From Candidatus Eiseniibacteriota bacterium (lineage in GTDB: Bacteria; Eisenbacteria; RBG-16-71-46; CAIMUX01; VGJL01), in the NCBI GenBank assembly GCA_963792585.1, contig CAWBWI010000002.1, positions 64,001-128,000 of the forward strand: a stretch of 64,000 nucleotides of DNA, written 5' to 3'. Below, in pieces: positions 1-10,228 of this stretch. The position numbers were made by a program, and so were the translations under genes. Numbering within the stretch: position 1 is the stretch's first letter; each line of letters starts with the position of its first letter. The notes beneath the pieces were generated by a model, which was not told the origin of the DNA, ran no database searches, and was given only the letters and a program-made list of their open reading frames with translations.

Positions 1-2
1 CT

Positions 3-1379
3 CCCGGACTCCGCCGGTGGGAGGTCCAGTTGGTCGGGCTCGCCGATGCGGTGGCGGCGAATGATACCCGTTCGGTTGCCGTGCGGGTGATGGAGCGCAA
101 GAACCGGATCCTCGTCGTCGAGGGACGCCTCGACTGGGATTTCACGTTTCTGCGTCGCGCCCTGGAGCCGGACAGCACCTTCGGGTACCGCTTCCTTCTC
201 GCGGATCGCGAAGGACGATGGTTGCCGCCGCGGGCCGGCGCACCCGCGACGGGTCCAGGAGACCTTCGCGACTACGCCGCGATCGTGCTCGGAGAGGTCC
301 CGACGGGGGCGCTCGGAGGCGGCTTCTACGCCGACCTGGCCCGCTACGTGGAGCAAGGGGGAGGGGTCCTCGTTCTCGGCGGACAGCATGGGCTCATGCG
401 CCTGCGGGGAACGCCGCTCGAATCGAAGCTTCCCGCGACGATTCGGCCCGGCACGCCGGAGGATCAACCCACGCCGGTGCGGCTCGAGGCGGCCGGCCTG
501 AACCATCCCATCACGGCGCTGGAGGACAGTCCGGCACGTGGCGAGGTCGTATGGGCGGGCCTGCCTCCGATATGGCCGAGCCCCGACCGCCTCACCCCGC
601 AGCCGGGCTCCTCGGTTCTCCTCTCAGCCATGCGCCGCGGAGGCGTCGAGCCGATCTTGATCTCGGGCTTCGCGGGCCAAGGCAAGGTCGTCCTCCTCGA
701 CGCGCATGGATTCTGGCGATGGGAGTTTCTCGCGCATGCTTCGGCGCAGCCTTCGGCGGATGCGTTTCGAGATTTCGCGATGCGAACCGTTCGCTGGCTT
801 GCGGAACCGACCCTCCGCGATCGTTTCGTGGCGGAACCCGTGCGCGGCGTCTTCGAGAACGGCGAGCCGCCCGAGTTCACCGCACGGGTGTGGGACGAGG
901 GCTATGCGCCGATCCTCGACGCGCGCGTACGCATCCGCATCATGCCCGCAGACTCGGGACGCGCCGATGGCGTCCTCCGCGAGTTCGAACTTCGACCGAG
1001 CGCCGGGGACGGCACCTATGCGGGTCAAACCGAGGCATTTCCTCCCGGCGCGTACCGCTATGTCGCCGAGGCGCGTAAGGGGGATGGAGATTCGATGATC
1101 GGCCGGAGCGAGTCTCTCTTCTGGGTGGACGAGAACGGCCCCGAGGCAGTGCGCCTTCGCCCCGACATCGCGGTCTGCGAACAGATTGCGCAGGCGAGCG
1201 GTGGGCAGAGCGCGGGGCCCGAAGGACTCGACGACTTGCTCGCGCGACTGCCCGGCGCTCTCCGTCGCGTGGGGCGCGTGCGTGAGATCGAACTCTGGAA
1301 CCACATCGCCCTCTTCGTCTCCTTCGTTGCCCTGCTCGGACTCGAGTGGTGGCTCCGCCGTCGCAGCGGCCTCGCCTGA
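3..1379 (+). CDS. Membrane protein with glutamine amidotransferase-like domain, vWA-associated family (5' truncated)
   Basis: Frame open from window start; 'RYVEQGGGVLVLGG', 'G.GKVV..GFWRW', C-terminal TM helix ending 'EWWLRRRSGLA'. Confidence 0.7.
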   Translation, partial: PGLRRWEVQLVGLADAVAANDTRSVAVRVMERKNRILVVEGRLDWDFTFLRRALEPDSTFGYRFLLADREGRWLPPRAGAPATGPGDLRDYAAIVLGEVPTGALGGGFYADLARYVEQGGGVLVLGGQHGLMRLRGTPLESKLPATIRPGTPEDQPTPVRLEAAGLNHPITALEDSPARGEVVWAGLPPIWPSPDRLTPQPGSSVLLSAMRRGGVEPILISGFAGQGKVVLLDAHGFWRWEFLAHASAQPSADAFRDFAMRTVRWLAEPTLRDRFVAEPVRGVFENGEPPEFTARVWDEGYAPILDARVRIRIMPADSGRADGVLREFELRPSAGDGTYAGQTEAFPPGAYRYVAEARKGDGDSMIGRSESLFWVDENGPEAVRLRPDIAVCEQIAQASGGQSAGPEGLDDLLARLPGALRRVGRVREIELWNHIALFVSFVALLGLEWWLRRRSGLA

Positions 1380-1465
1380 TCCCTTCCTGACCGGCATCGA
1401 TCCTGCTTGCTCCTCGTTCCCGCGACGAGCCTCGTCGGCCGCTCGCCGCCCGCAAGGAGGAGACG

Positions 1466-3145
1466 GTGAGGATCGATTGCCATTCCCGCTATTCCACCAG
1501 CGCCGCCGCGATCGCGGCGGCGCTCGCAGTGATGATCGTGACGCCGGCTGGAGCGGCACTCGTCCTCAACGAGATCCTCTACGATCCCGATGGTCCCGAC
1601 GCGGGTCGCGAGTTCGTCGAGATCATCAATACGGGCCTCTACGCGGCGCCGCTCGAAGGTCTCGCGATCGAGGCCGGCAATGGATCGCGTCCTGACGACT
1701 GGAAGGTGGTCTGGAGTGGTCGCCGGGGCGTCGCCATCGCGCCGGGACAGCTCTATCGCGTCGGGTTGGAACGGCCGGGCGCGGGCGAGCCCGCGGAGCT
1801 CTCCCTTCAGAACGGCCCCGACGGCGTACGCCTCTCGAGACAAGGGTTCGTGCTCGACCGATGCGGGTGGGGCGACCTCGCCCATCCCGAATACTTCGAG
1901 GGACACCCCGCCCGCGCGGTTCGAGCCGGGATGAGCCTTGCGCGCGCCGACGACGGCGCGGATACCGACGACAACGCGGCCGACTTCGTTGAGGCCGTTC
2001 CAACGCCCGGGCGCGCGAACCGTCCACGAAACGACTGGGCGCTCCGTCTGATCCTCAACGGTGCGTGGCGACCGAGGCCCGGCGACACCGTTCCCGTCCG
2101 TGTCCAGGTCGCGAACCTCGGTCGCGAAGAACGGATCCCGCCGTCGGTCGCGATTGCGGATGCAGGTCGGATCATCTGGGCCGGTTGGAGCGAGAGCGCG
2201 GCCCCCGGCGCCGCCGTGGAGCAGTTGGTCACGCTCATCGCCCCGCCGGATACGGGCAGGTTCGTCTGGCGCGCGAAGATCGGCGCCGATGACGAGGTTC
2301 CGGAGAACGACGCCGATTCGCTCTCCCTACGGGCGGGACCCGGGTGTCTTCGGATCACCGAGATCATGGCCGACCCGGGCCCGGAGTCCTGTGAGTGGAT
2401 CGAGCTGCGGCTCGATCGCGAGGATGGCCGATCGATCTCAGGACGTGCGCTCGATGTCCGGGGCCATCGCGCGAATCTCGCGGTGCGCGCGAACTCGCTG
2501 CAGGGACGCTATGCCGTGGTTGCGGAGGACTCCATGAAGATGCGGCTTCGGTATCCGGATCTCCATGCGTCCGCGATATGGCCCTACGAAGGCAGCTGGC
2601 CGCGCCTGCGCAACGGGGATCGATCCGGAGGCATCTCGGACACCCTGCTTGTGCGCGGCCCGGATGGGATCGTCGAGGAGATCGCGCTTCCGGGACCTGC
2701 GCCTGCAGCCGGCGTCTCTCTGGAGCGGCTCGAGGCGGACATTCCCGAAGGACCCGCCGCATGGGTCCCATGCGCGGACGAAACCGGCGCAACGCCGGGC
2801 CGGGCGGGTCCCGGCGGAGGGATCGCCCCGATGGCGGGTGGTCTGCAAGTCCATCCGCGAATCGTGCGTCCGGGGTCGACTGCGTGTCTGATCGAGGGAA
2901 GCATCGGCAACACGCCGGGAGAGGTCCGCTTGAGCATTCACGACCTCAACGGCGGCTCGGTCCGTTGCCTGCTCCAGGGAGTCCTTGCGACCGGAACGAT
3001 CCTCGCGAGTTGGGACGGTCGGGACGAATCGGGGCGAACCGTCGATCCGGGAGTCTATGTGGCCGTGGTCGAGATCGAGCGCAAGGGGGGTGTGATCGAT
3101 CGGCTTCGCACTGCGCTCGCCGTGGAACCCGGAGAGTCGCCATGA
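1466..3145 (+). CDS. Secreted protein with lamin-tail domains and C-terminal FlgD-Ig-like domain
   Basis: Signal peptide; 'LNEILYDPDG..EFVEIIN' and 'ITEIMADP..EWIEL'; C-terminal 'WDGRDESGRTVDPGVY'. Confidence 0.75.
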   Translation: MRIDCHSRYSTSAAAIAAALAVMIVTPAGAALVLNEILYDPDGPDAGREFVEIINTGLYAAPLEGLAIEAGNGSRPDDWKVVWSGRRGVAIAPGQLYRVGLERPGAGEPAELSLQNGPDGVRLSRQGFVLDRCGWGDLAHPEYFEGHPARAVRAGMSLARADDGADTDDNAADFVEAVPTPGRANRPRNDWALRLILNGAWRPRPGDTVPVRVQVANLGREERIPPSVAIADAGRIIWAGWSESAAPGAAVEQLVTLIAPPDTGRFVWRAKIGADDEVPENDADSLSLRAGPGCLRITEIMADPGPESCEWIELRLDREDGRSISGRALDVRGHRANLAVRANSLQGRYAVVAEDSMKMRLRYPDLHASAIWPYEGSWPRLRNGDRSGGISDTLLVRGPDGIVEEIALPGPAPAAGVSLERLEADIPEGPAAWVPCADETGATPGRAGPGGGIAPMAGGLQVHPRIVRPGSTACLIEGSIGNTPGEVRLSIHDLNGGSVRCLLQGVLATGTILASWDGRDESGRTVDPGVYVAVVEIERKGGVIDRLRTALAVEPGESP

Positions 3146-3885
3146 AGATCGTGATCGCTCTCATGTTTTGCCTGGTGTCCGCGGGCGTGGTGCGGGCGGC
3201 GTTCGAGTCTCTCCCGGGACCCGCGCCCGGATGCGCTTCCGTCTGGGCCTGGCCACTCCGCGAGGCGAGGGCCGCTCCGTGGAGCGGTGGATTGTCGCTC
3301 GGTCACCCCGCCGCGGTGGACGATCTGGTCTGGACGCACGCATGGGGCGGTCGCAGGATCGCCAAGGTCGACTGCCTCGCCGAGCTCTTCAGCTTCGGGC
3401 TCGACGATATCTACCGTGAAGGGATCGCGGGTCTCTGGGTTTCGACGCGGGGAATCGGGGTCGGCCTCCGGCGCTGGCAGGTGACGTGGGCGGACGGTCT
3501 TCAACGCCATGGGTGGACCGCCTCGGCGGAGGTTCTGCTGCGTCGGGGTCGTACGAGCGGTCGGGTGGTGGCGCAGGACCTCGCGGTGAGCCAGTCGGAT
3601 CGCACGGCCCCCCGACCAACGCTCGCGGCCATCTGTAGTCGACCCATCGGCTCGACACTGGACGCGGCGGCAGCGGTCCGCCGAAGTCGACTCGGCGGCG
3701 CCTTCGTCTGGCGTCTTCGCTGGACCCCTGTTCCCTGTCTCGGGCTGACGGAGGAGTTTCTCACGCCGGGGACATTCACCTCCGGGGTCGAGTTGCGGAC
3801 GTCGCGGCTGCGGGCGGGGCTATGGTACGCCCCACTCGCCGCGATCGGCGCGCGCACGGGCGTTTCTCTCTCATGGGGCGCATAG
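3142..3885 (+). CDS. Putative outer-membrane beta-barrel protein (PorV-like position and size)
   Basis: ATG overlaps previous stop (ATGA); signal peptide MKIVIALMFC; beta-strand-like pattern; ends 'GVSLSWGA'. Confidence 0.45.
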   Translation: MKIVIALMFCLVSAGVVRAAFESLPGPAPGCASVWAWPLREARAAPWSGGLSLGHPAAVDDLVWTHAWGGRRIAKVDCLAELFSFGLDDIYREGIAGLWVSTRGIGVGLRRWQVTWADGLQRHGWTASAEVLLRRGRTSGRVVAQDLAVSQSDRTAPRPTLAAICSRPIGSTLDAAAAVRRSRLGGAFVWRLRWTPVPCLGLTEEFLTPGTFTSGVELRTSRLRAGLWYAPLAAIGARTGVSLSWGA

Positions 3886-5201
3886 GCCTGACGATTGTCC
3901 TCTGTCTGTGCGCCCCGCAGGTTCTCGCGTCGGCCCTGCTCGTGGATCTGAGCGAGCCCGACCCTGCCGGACTCGACGATCTCCCGGGGATCACCGATGA
4001 GGAGGCACGGCTGCTGCGCGAGGCCTCTGGGCCGAGCCCCGAGGATCTCGGGCGAAGACTCGCGTCAACGCGACTCGGGACCGACCGGCTCGCCGAGTGG
4101 GCGCCATACCTCACGGTGGGACCGACCGACGCGTCGTGGGACGTCGACGCGTCCGCCGGCGGCGAAGCGGACGTCGTCGGAACGGTACGCCAGCGCATCC
4201 GCATCGCCTCCAACGGCTGCCGCGTCGAAGCGGCGTGGAAGCGCACGGCCCGGTCCCCTCTCGGACAGGAGCATGCGTGGATCACCTGCCCGGGCGGAAT
4301 GAAGAGCGAGATCTCGGCCGGCGCGATCTCGGGCCGTTGGACGGGTCCCGCGCCCTGGGAGGACCCGGTCGCTCGCGGCCGTCTCGTGCAAGGGGACGAC
4401 TCCGATTGTGTCCCGGTCGGGCGGGCGGGGGCGAGAGGGCTTTCCATTCGAGCGCCGCGACTCCATCTCATGGGGTGGACCGATCGGGAATACGGCCGAG
4501 GATGGATGGGCCGCTCCGGCGGCACCCGACGTTGGATCTGGGCAGCGATCTCGCCGGGCCGTGGATCGGGCGGAGGTCTGGGGTTCGCGCTGGCTTCGGC
4601 CGGAGTCACATGTGCGGCGCACTTTCCGCAAGACCGCGGACGTTTCTTGCGGATCGGAATCCACGCCCGAGCCGGCTCGACGGCGCTGGTCCTGGCCGCG
4701 CCGATCGACGGTGACCGCGGTTCCGGGCTTGCGAGGATCGACGCGCGATCGAGGGCCGGCGCAGGTCCATTCACCATCCGCGCGGAGGGGGGTTGCACGC
4801 AGGGAGCCGGTCGAACTCCGCTTCGCCGCAACGGGACGATTTCTCTCGCGCGTAGCGCGCCGTTCAGCCGCGTGACGCTCACCGGCGCATGGACCGAGGC
4901 AGGAGGCCGTCTGTCCTGTCGCATGGAGCGGCAGATCGCTGCTTGGATCGCGAAGGGGTCGGTGGGATGCCCATTGGAGCGGGACGGCGGGGCCGTGGAC
5001 GCGCGACTGGGCTTTCTCCGCCCGGTGGGTCGCATCCGCGCGGAGTCGACGATCGCCGCGAGAGATCACGCATGGGAGGCGGGGGTGACCGCCTCCACGA
5101 TCGGAACCGGCGCGCGGGCGCGTGTGAGCCTCCGCATCCCGCTCACCCATCGGCCGCGATCTCCACGATGGGAGATCGCCGTCGGGGAGCGAGGCGGCTG
5201 A
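3873..5201 (+). CDS. Exported protein with degenerate helix-hairpin-helix N-terminus and possible beta-barrel
   Basis: Signal peptide; 'LDDLPGITDEEA' resembles ComEA-type HhH. Confidence 0.4.
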   Translation: MGRIGLTIVLCLCAPQVLASALLVDLSEPDPAGLDDLPGITDEEARLLREASGPSPEDLGRRLASTRLGTDRLAEWAPYLTVGPTDASWDVDASAGGEADVVGTVRQRIRIASNGCRVEAAWKRTARSPLGQEHAWITCPGGMKSEISAGAISGRWTGPAPWEDPVARGRLVQGDDSDCVPVGRAGARGLSIRAPRLHLMGWTDREYGRGWMGRSGGTRRWIWAAISPGRGSGGGLGFALASAGVTCAAHFPQDRGRFLRIGIHARAGSTALVLAAPIDGDRGSGLARIDARSRAGAGPFTIRAEGGCTQGAGRTPLRRNGTISLARSAPFSRVTLTGAWTEAGGRLSCRMERQIAAWIAKGSVGCPLERDGGAVDARLGFLRPVGRIRAESTIAARDHAWEAGVTASTIGTGARARVSLRIPLTHRPRSPRWEIAVGERGG

Positions 5202-5261
5202 CGGCGGAGGATCCGCCTGCTAGGCTCTCGAAAGCGAGGGGATCCGGTCAGGGGAGGGAAC

Positions 5262-7043
5262 ATGAACAAAGCCCGCACCGCCAAGCGTCCGAAAGGTCGT
5301 CGCGACCCGCGGGCTTTCACGCTCATCCTCATCACTCTTCCATGGCTCATCCTTGGGGGGATCGAGGGGATCCTGCGCGTGAGCGGGGTCGCGCGGCCGC
5401 CGTCGTTCTACCTTCACCGGGAGGTCGCGGGCCGCACCTGGCTCCAGATCCACCCGTCGCTCGGAGATCGCTTCTTCACCCCGGCGCTACGGGGAATCGT
5501 CCCGTCCCCGAATTTCCAGGTTCTGCCCGCCGAAAAACCGGCGGACACGAAACGGATCCTCTGTGTCGGCGAGTCGACGACAGCCGGATTCCCGTTCCCG
5601 GTGACCGGCGGATTCCCGGCTCTGCTCCAGGGAATCCTCCAGGAGGCGGATCCGTCGACCCGCTGGGAGGTGATCAACTGCGGCATGACCGGCATCAGCT
5701 CGAGTTCGGTTGCCGCTGTGATCGATGAAATGCTGGCCGCTCACCCCGACTACCTCGTGGTCTACCTCGGCCACAACGAGTTCTACGGAGCCGGAGGCGC
5801 TCGATCTCCGGGGCTGGGCCTACGCAATCTCCGCATCGTGCGGCTCATGGAACGCCTCTTCAGCCGGCGCGCTCAGGAGAAACAGCCGGGCACTCTGATG
5901 GAACGAATCGCCGCGCGCGCGGGCATCCCGGCGCGAAGCCCCCTGCGGAAGGCCGCGTGCCGTCGCTATGAGAGTCGAATCGATCGGATTCTGGATGCGG
6001 CGGAGCGCAAGGGGACCCGGGTCATTCTCTGCGAGCTGGTCTCGAACGAGAAGGATCTCTATCCATTCGGGACGCCGGGAGGGGATGCGGCGCGCGCGGT
6101 CCATGATCCTTCCCAGTGGACCGAGGATCGACCCTTGCCGAGCGCGGCGGGAGCGATCGCGACGGCCATCACGCAGCGGCTCGCCAAGGACTCCCTGAAT
6201 GCCGGGTTGTTCTATCTGCGGGGCGTCGCCCGCGTTGCGGCCGGCGACGCGGATGGAGCGAGGGATTTCGTGCAGGCGCGGAACCTCGATGCGGTCCCGT
6301 TCCGTGCGCCCGACCCGATCAACGCGATCCTCCGCAGGATCGCGGCGCGCAGGCATGTTCCTCTCGTGCCGACCGAGAAGCTCTTCCGCGCCGCATCGCC
6401 GACGGGAATCCCCGGTCGGGAGTCGTTCGTGGAGCACCTGCATCCCACATTTCTCGGGAATGCGCGGATCGCGGCAGCCGTATCCGGGGAGATCCTTGGC
6501 CGGCCGGCCTCGCCGGTTACCCTTGCGGACGCGGCCCGCTGGCTCAAGGGCTCGGCGCTCACGCGTCTCGACCTGTCGTTCGCGGATGCGCGCATCGCGC
6601 AGCTCCTGCGGCGATGGCCCTACGCGCGGGAGGGGGAGGACGCGCCGCCGTTCGCATATCGGGCACGCTCGGTCCGTGAGGAAGCGGTCACGATCCTCAG
6701 CGCGGCGGGCGACAGCGCGGGAGCGACGTACATGAGCGTTCGCGATCCGGAGGAGGAGTCCCTCGCTCAGGCCCTGCTCGCGAAGAAGATCGACTTGTTG
6801 GCCGCGCACACGAAGCTCGCCCGCTATCGGGAAGGACGGAATGAACTCTACCCTGCGGCGCGCGAATACGCGGCGGCAACGGCCCTCTATCCCGTCGACC
6901 CGGCCCTGTGGGTCGAGTACGGCGAGGTCCTGCTGCGGGTCGGAGATCGACGTGGTGCGGGTTCGGCCGCACAGCGGGCCCAGTTCTGGAGTCCCGGAGA
7001 TGGACACGCCGCCGACCTGCTCCACAGGGCGACCGGGCGATGA
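5262..7043 (+). CDS. Membrane-anchored SGNH/GDSL hydrolase with TPR repeats
   Basis: 'VGESTTAG' (block I), 'YLGHNEFYG' (block III), 'EHLHP' (block V); TPR-like C-terminus. Confidence 0.8.
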   Translation: MNKARTAKRPKGRRDPRAFTLILITLPWLILGGIEGILRVSGVARPPSFYLHREVAGRTWLQIHPSLGDRFFTPALRGIVPSPNFQVLPAEKPADTKRILCVGESTTAGFPFPVTGGFPALLQGILQEADPSTRWEVINCGMTGISSSSVAAVIDEMLAAHPDYLVVYLGHNEFYGAGGARSPGLGLRNLRIVRLMERLFSRRAQEKQPGTLMERIAARAGIPARSPLRKAACRRYESRIDRILDAAERKGTRVILCELVSNEKDLYPFGTPGGDAARAVHDPSQWTEDRPLPSAAGAIATAITQRLAKDSLNAGLFYLRGVARVAAGDADGARDFVQARNLDAVPFRAPDPINAILRRIAARRHVPLVPTEKLFRAASPTGIPGRESFVEHLHPTFLGNARIAAAVSGEILGRPASPVTLADAARWLKGSALTRLDLSFADARIAQLLRRWPYAREGEDAPPFAYRARSVREEAVTILSAAGDSAGATYMSVRDPEEESLAQALLAKKIDLLAAHTKLARYREGRNELYPAAREYAAATALYPVDPALWVEYGEVLLRVGDRRGAGSAAQRAQFWSPGDGHAADLLHRATGR

Positions 7044-7069
7044 TGGCCATCCGGACGCTCGACAACACG

Positions 7070-7102
7070 AAACGGGGAGATCCCCGAAGGATCCCCCCGT
7101 TT
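7070..7102 (+). terminator. Probable intrinsic terminator hairpin
   Basis: aaacggggagatcc / ggatccccccgttt imperfect inverted repeat right after stop at 7043. Confidence 0.5.
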
Positions 7103-7359
7103 CCAAATCGCAGGCTATCACACCGAGGTCACGGGCCTGCCCCGTCGGTCCCGATCCGGGCGCTCCTGCCCGGGGAGGTTTCTCGCGTCCCCTCGCTCCT
7201 CTTCGCTATGTGTCGCGGGTCGACGGGTGCACCGCACACGGCCGGTAGTCGAACGCTCCCAAGAAGACCGCGTCGGGTCATCCTCGGAAGCGAACTCCCG
7301 CATGGTAAGGGGGGCGGCTCACGGGCTCAACCGCAACTTGATACGACCCGGGGCGGCGT

Positions 7360-8736
7360 ATGAGCGGGCCCGCGGACCTTCGCGACCGGCTCCACCGGGA
7401 GATGCTTGCCTCGGACCGGGTCTGGTCCTCCGAGGAGATCGCCCGGGAGGTGCTCAAGATCGTCTCGGACGCGAGCCGGGCCGACCGCCTCGTCGGCGCG
7501 GTGCTCGGCGGGGACACCCGTTTCGTGCGGGATGGAGTTTCATGGCGGGCCCGCGCGGCGCGGGCTCCCAGCCTCGAATCGAGTGCGTTTCTGCTCTGCG
7601 ACTTGCCGCCTGCCAACACGGGCGGCACCGTGACCCCCCTCTGTCTGCGGGCCTGGGTGCCCGTCGGCGTCCGGACCGGGCCAATCGTCGAGATCGGGAT
7701 CGACGGGACGGGATTGGAAGCGGCAGAGGGAATCCTGGAAGGGCGCGTGGCGGTGAGCGCGACCGCGGCGGCGGCGCGGCGCCGGCTCCACAGCCTCGAG
7801 CGGACGCATGCCCTCCCGGCGGTTTCGGAGCGCATGCTCGATCTCGCGGCCGTGTTGCGCCTCGTGGGTGAGGCGTTGCCCGGGCCGTTGTCGAGCCCGG
7901 AGCCGGCATCGAGCGAGGAGCGACTCGGCGCGACCGCGGCGGCGCTCGAACGGGTGCTCGCCCTTTTCGGCACCCTGTCCCTCGACGAGATCGAGGCCAA
8001 GATCGAGGGTTCGATCCGGACGCGGCCCGTCGATTTCTCCCGCTACGCCTTCACGAGGAGCGATCTCGATAGGATTCCGGAGAGGCCCGGGGTCTATCGC
8101 TTCATCGGGGAGGGAGAAACGCTCCTCTATGTCGGCAAGTCGCGGGATCTGCGCCGGCGCATCGGCAGCTACTTCCGTCCTCTCGCCGCGGACCATCAAC
8201 GGCGGGGTCGACTCCTCGAGGCAATCCGGAGTTTGGAATGGGAAGCGGTCCCTTCGGAGCTGGAGGCCCTGCTGATCGAGGCCGAGACCATCCGTTTGGC
8301 GAATCCATCCTTCAACCAGCAGCTCGCGATCCACGCGGAGGTCGCTGAAAGCCCCGCCGCGGACGGTGATATTGGGTTCGTCCTGTGCGAGGGGGACCCG
8401 GAGTCGGTCTCGCTATTCCTGCTCCGCCGCAGGATCCCCTGGGCTCGAGGGCGCCTGCCGCGAACCTCGGCTTCGGCCGCCGTCGAGGCGGCGACCCGAT
8501 GTGTTCGTGCTTGGGAGGTAGGAGAGATCCGCCCGGCGGAGGGAATTCTGACCCCCATGGACCCGGAGGGGCGGACCCTCGTGAACCGGTACCTGCGCCT
8601 CCACCGCGATCGGATCGATCGACTTCGGGTATCGGACTTCCCCGATCCCGTGGCCGCCGCGGAGGCGCTCGCGGCATTGGCGGTGCGTCCGAGACCGGCG
8701 TGGGATGCATGGAGCTTGCGTTCTCCCACGTGCTAG
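7360..8736 (+). CDS. GIY-YIG (UvrC/Cho-like) nuclease with degenerate DnaQ-like N-terminal region
   Basis: 'PGVYRF..LYVGKSRDLRRRIGSYF', 'ELEALLIE', 'PSFN'. Confidence 0.75.
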   Translation: MSGPADLRDRLHREMLASDRVWSSEEIAREVLKIVSDASRADRLVGAVLGGDTRFVRDGVSWRARAARAPSLESSAFLLCDLPPANTGGTVTPLCLRAWVPVGVRTGPIVEIGIDGTGLEAAEGILEGRVAVSATAAAARRRLHSLERTHALPAVSERMLDLAAVLRLVGEALPGPLSSPEPASSEERLGATAAALERVLALFGTLSLDEIEAKIEGSIRTRPVDFSRYAFTRSDLDRIPERPGVYRFIGEGETLLYVGKSRDLRRRIGSYFRPLAADHQRRGRLLEAIRSLEWEAVPSELEALLIEAETIRLANPSFNQQLAIHAEVAESPAADGDIGFVLCEGDPESVSLFLLRRRIPWARGRLPRTSASAAVEAATRCVRAWEVGEIRPAEGILTPMDPEGRTLVNRYLRLHRDRIDRLRVSDFPDPVAAAEALAALAVRPRPAWDAWSLRSPTC

Positions 8737-8912
8737 AATCCCTCCTGGCCGGCGACCGCAGCCACGCGGGAGTTTTCGCCCCGCCGCCCGATCGATGACG
8801 ACAGGGGCCGGGCGGAGGCTTCACCGGAGCGGGTGAGGCGCCGACCGCGACGATGGGTAAATGGGGGGAGCTGCCCGGCGCACGCGGGAATGGCTCCGAG
8901 GGAGGAGGAGAG

Positions 8913-10073
8913 ATGTTCGCGAAGAGAATGTCCCGCCTGGGGACGGAAACCGCCTTCGAAGTCCTCGCCCGCGCGAGAGAGATCGAGCGCACCGGCCGCG
9001 AAGTCGTCCACCTCGAAATCGGCGAACCCGATTTCGCGACGCCGCGATTCATCTGCGACGCGGCGATCGACGCACTGAACGCCGGACACACGCACTACGG
9101 TCCCTCTGCGGGACAACCCGCAGTGCGCGAAACGATCGCGGAGGCCGTCGCGAAGAGCCGCGGCATTCCCGTCACGATGGAGAACGTCGTCGTCACTCCG
9201 GGCGCCAAGCCGATCATCTTCTTCTCGCTGTTCGCCTGTGTCGACGAGGGCGATGAGGTGATCTACCCGAATCCCGGGTTCCCGATCTACGAATCTGTCG
9301 TCAACTTCATCGGCGCGAAGCCAATTCCACTGCCCCTGCGCGAGGAGAAGGACTTCTCGGTCGACGTCGACGAACTCCGCTCGCTCGTGACCGACAAGAC
9401 CAAATTCATCATCCTCAATTCCCCCCAGAATCCGACCGGAGGAGTCCTTTCCCGCAAGGACCTGGAGGGGATCGCCGACATCGTCCGTGGCAGGAACATC
9501 TGGGTGCTGAGCGACGAGGTCTATAGCCGGATCATCTACGAAGGAGAGGCGCTCTCGCTCGCGTCGCTTCCCGGCATGGCCGACAGGACGATCATCCTCG
9601 ACGGGCACTCGAAGACCTACGCGATGACCGGTTGGCGGCTCGGCTACGGCGTCATGCAAAAGGAACTCGCCGCGCACGTGACGCGGCTCATGACGAACTC
9701 GAACTCCTGCACGAACATCGTCGTCCAGATGGCCGGCGCGAAGGCGCTCACGGGCCCGCAGGAGGAAGTCGTCGTGATGCGCGAGGAGTTCCGTCGCCGC
9801 CGCGATGTGATCGTGGACGGACTGAACAAGCTCCCGGGCATCACGTGCAAGAGGCCGAAGGGCGCCTTCTACGTCTTCCCGAACGTGAAGGGGGTCCCCG
9901 TCGATTCCCGCCAGCTCGCAAAGGATCTCCTCGAGAAGGCCGGAGTCGCGTGCCTCTCCGGGACGTCGTTCGGCGCGTATGGCGACGGATATCTGCGGTT
10001 TTCCTACGCGAACTCGGTCGAGAACATCCAGAAAGCGCTCGGCTGGATGGGTGCGTACCTGGCGAAGCTCTAG
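8913..10073 (+). CDS. PLP-dependent class I aminotransferase (aspartate aminotransferase family)
   Basis: 'IGEPDF', 'NSPQNPTG', 'SDEVY', 'SKTYAMTGWRLG'; RBS GGAGGAG. Confidence 0.93.
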   Translation: MFAKRMSRLGTETAFEVLARAREIERTGREVVHLEIGEPDFATPRFICDAAIDALNAGHTHYGPSAGQPAVRETIAEAVAKSRGIPVTMENVVVTPGAKPIIFFSLFACVDEGDEVIYPNPGFPIYESVVNFIGAKPIPLPLREEKDFSVDVDELRSLVTDKTKFIILNSPQNPTGGVLSRKDLEGIADIVRGRNIWVLSDEVYSRIIYEGEALSLASLPGMADRTIILDGHSKTYAMTGWRLGYGVMQKELAAHVTRLMTNSNSCTNIVVQMAGAKALTGPQEEVVVMREEFRRRRDVIVDGLNKLPGITCKRPKGAFYVFPNVKGVPVDSRQLAKDLLEKAGVACLSGTSFGAYGDGYLRFSYANSVENIQKALGWMGAYLAKL

Positions 10074-10183
10074 GGGCGGCCGCAACGAAATCTCAACCCG
10101 GAGGCCGTTCGGGTCGATGAGAAGAGTGGGGGTGGGGCGATCCACCCACCCCCGTCAGAGCCCAGACACGGATCCCTTCCCAA

Positions 10184-10210
10184 CCCATCCTACCCCCCGG
10201 GTAGGATGGG
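10184..10210. promoter_or_regulatory. Perfect 12-bp hairpin upstream of arcC
   Basis: cccatcctaccc-ccc-gggtaggatggg; no clear U-tract, so function uncertain. Confidence 0.4.
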
Positions 10211-10228
10211 CAATTTCAGGGAGGATTC

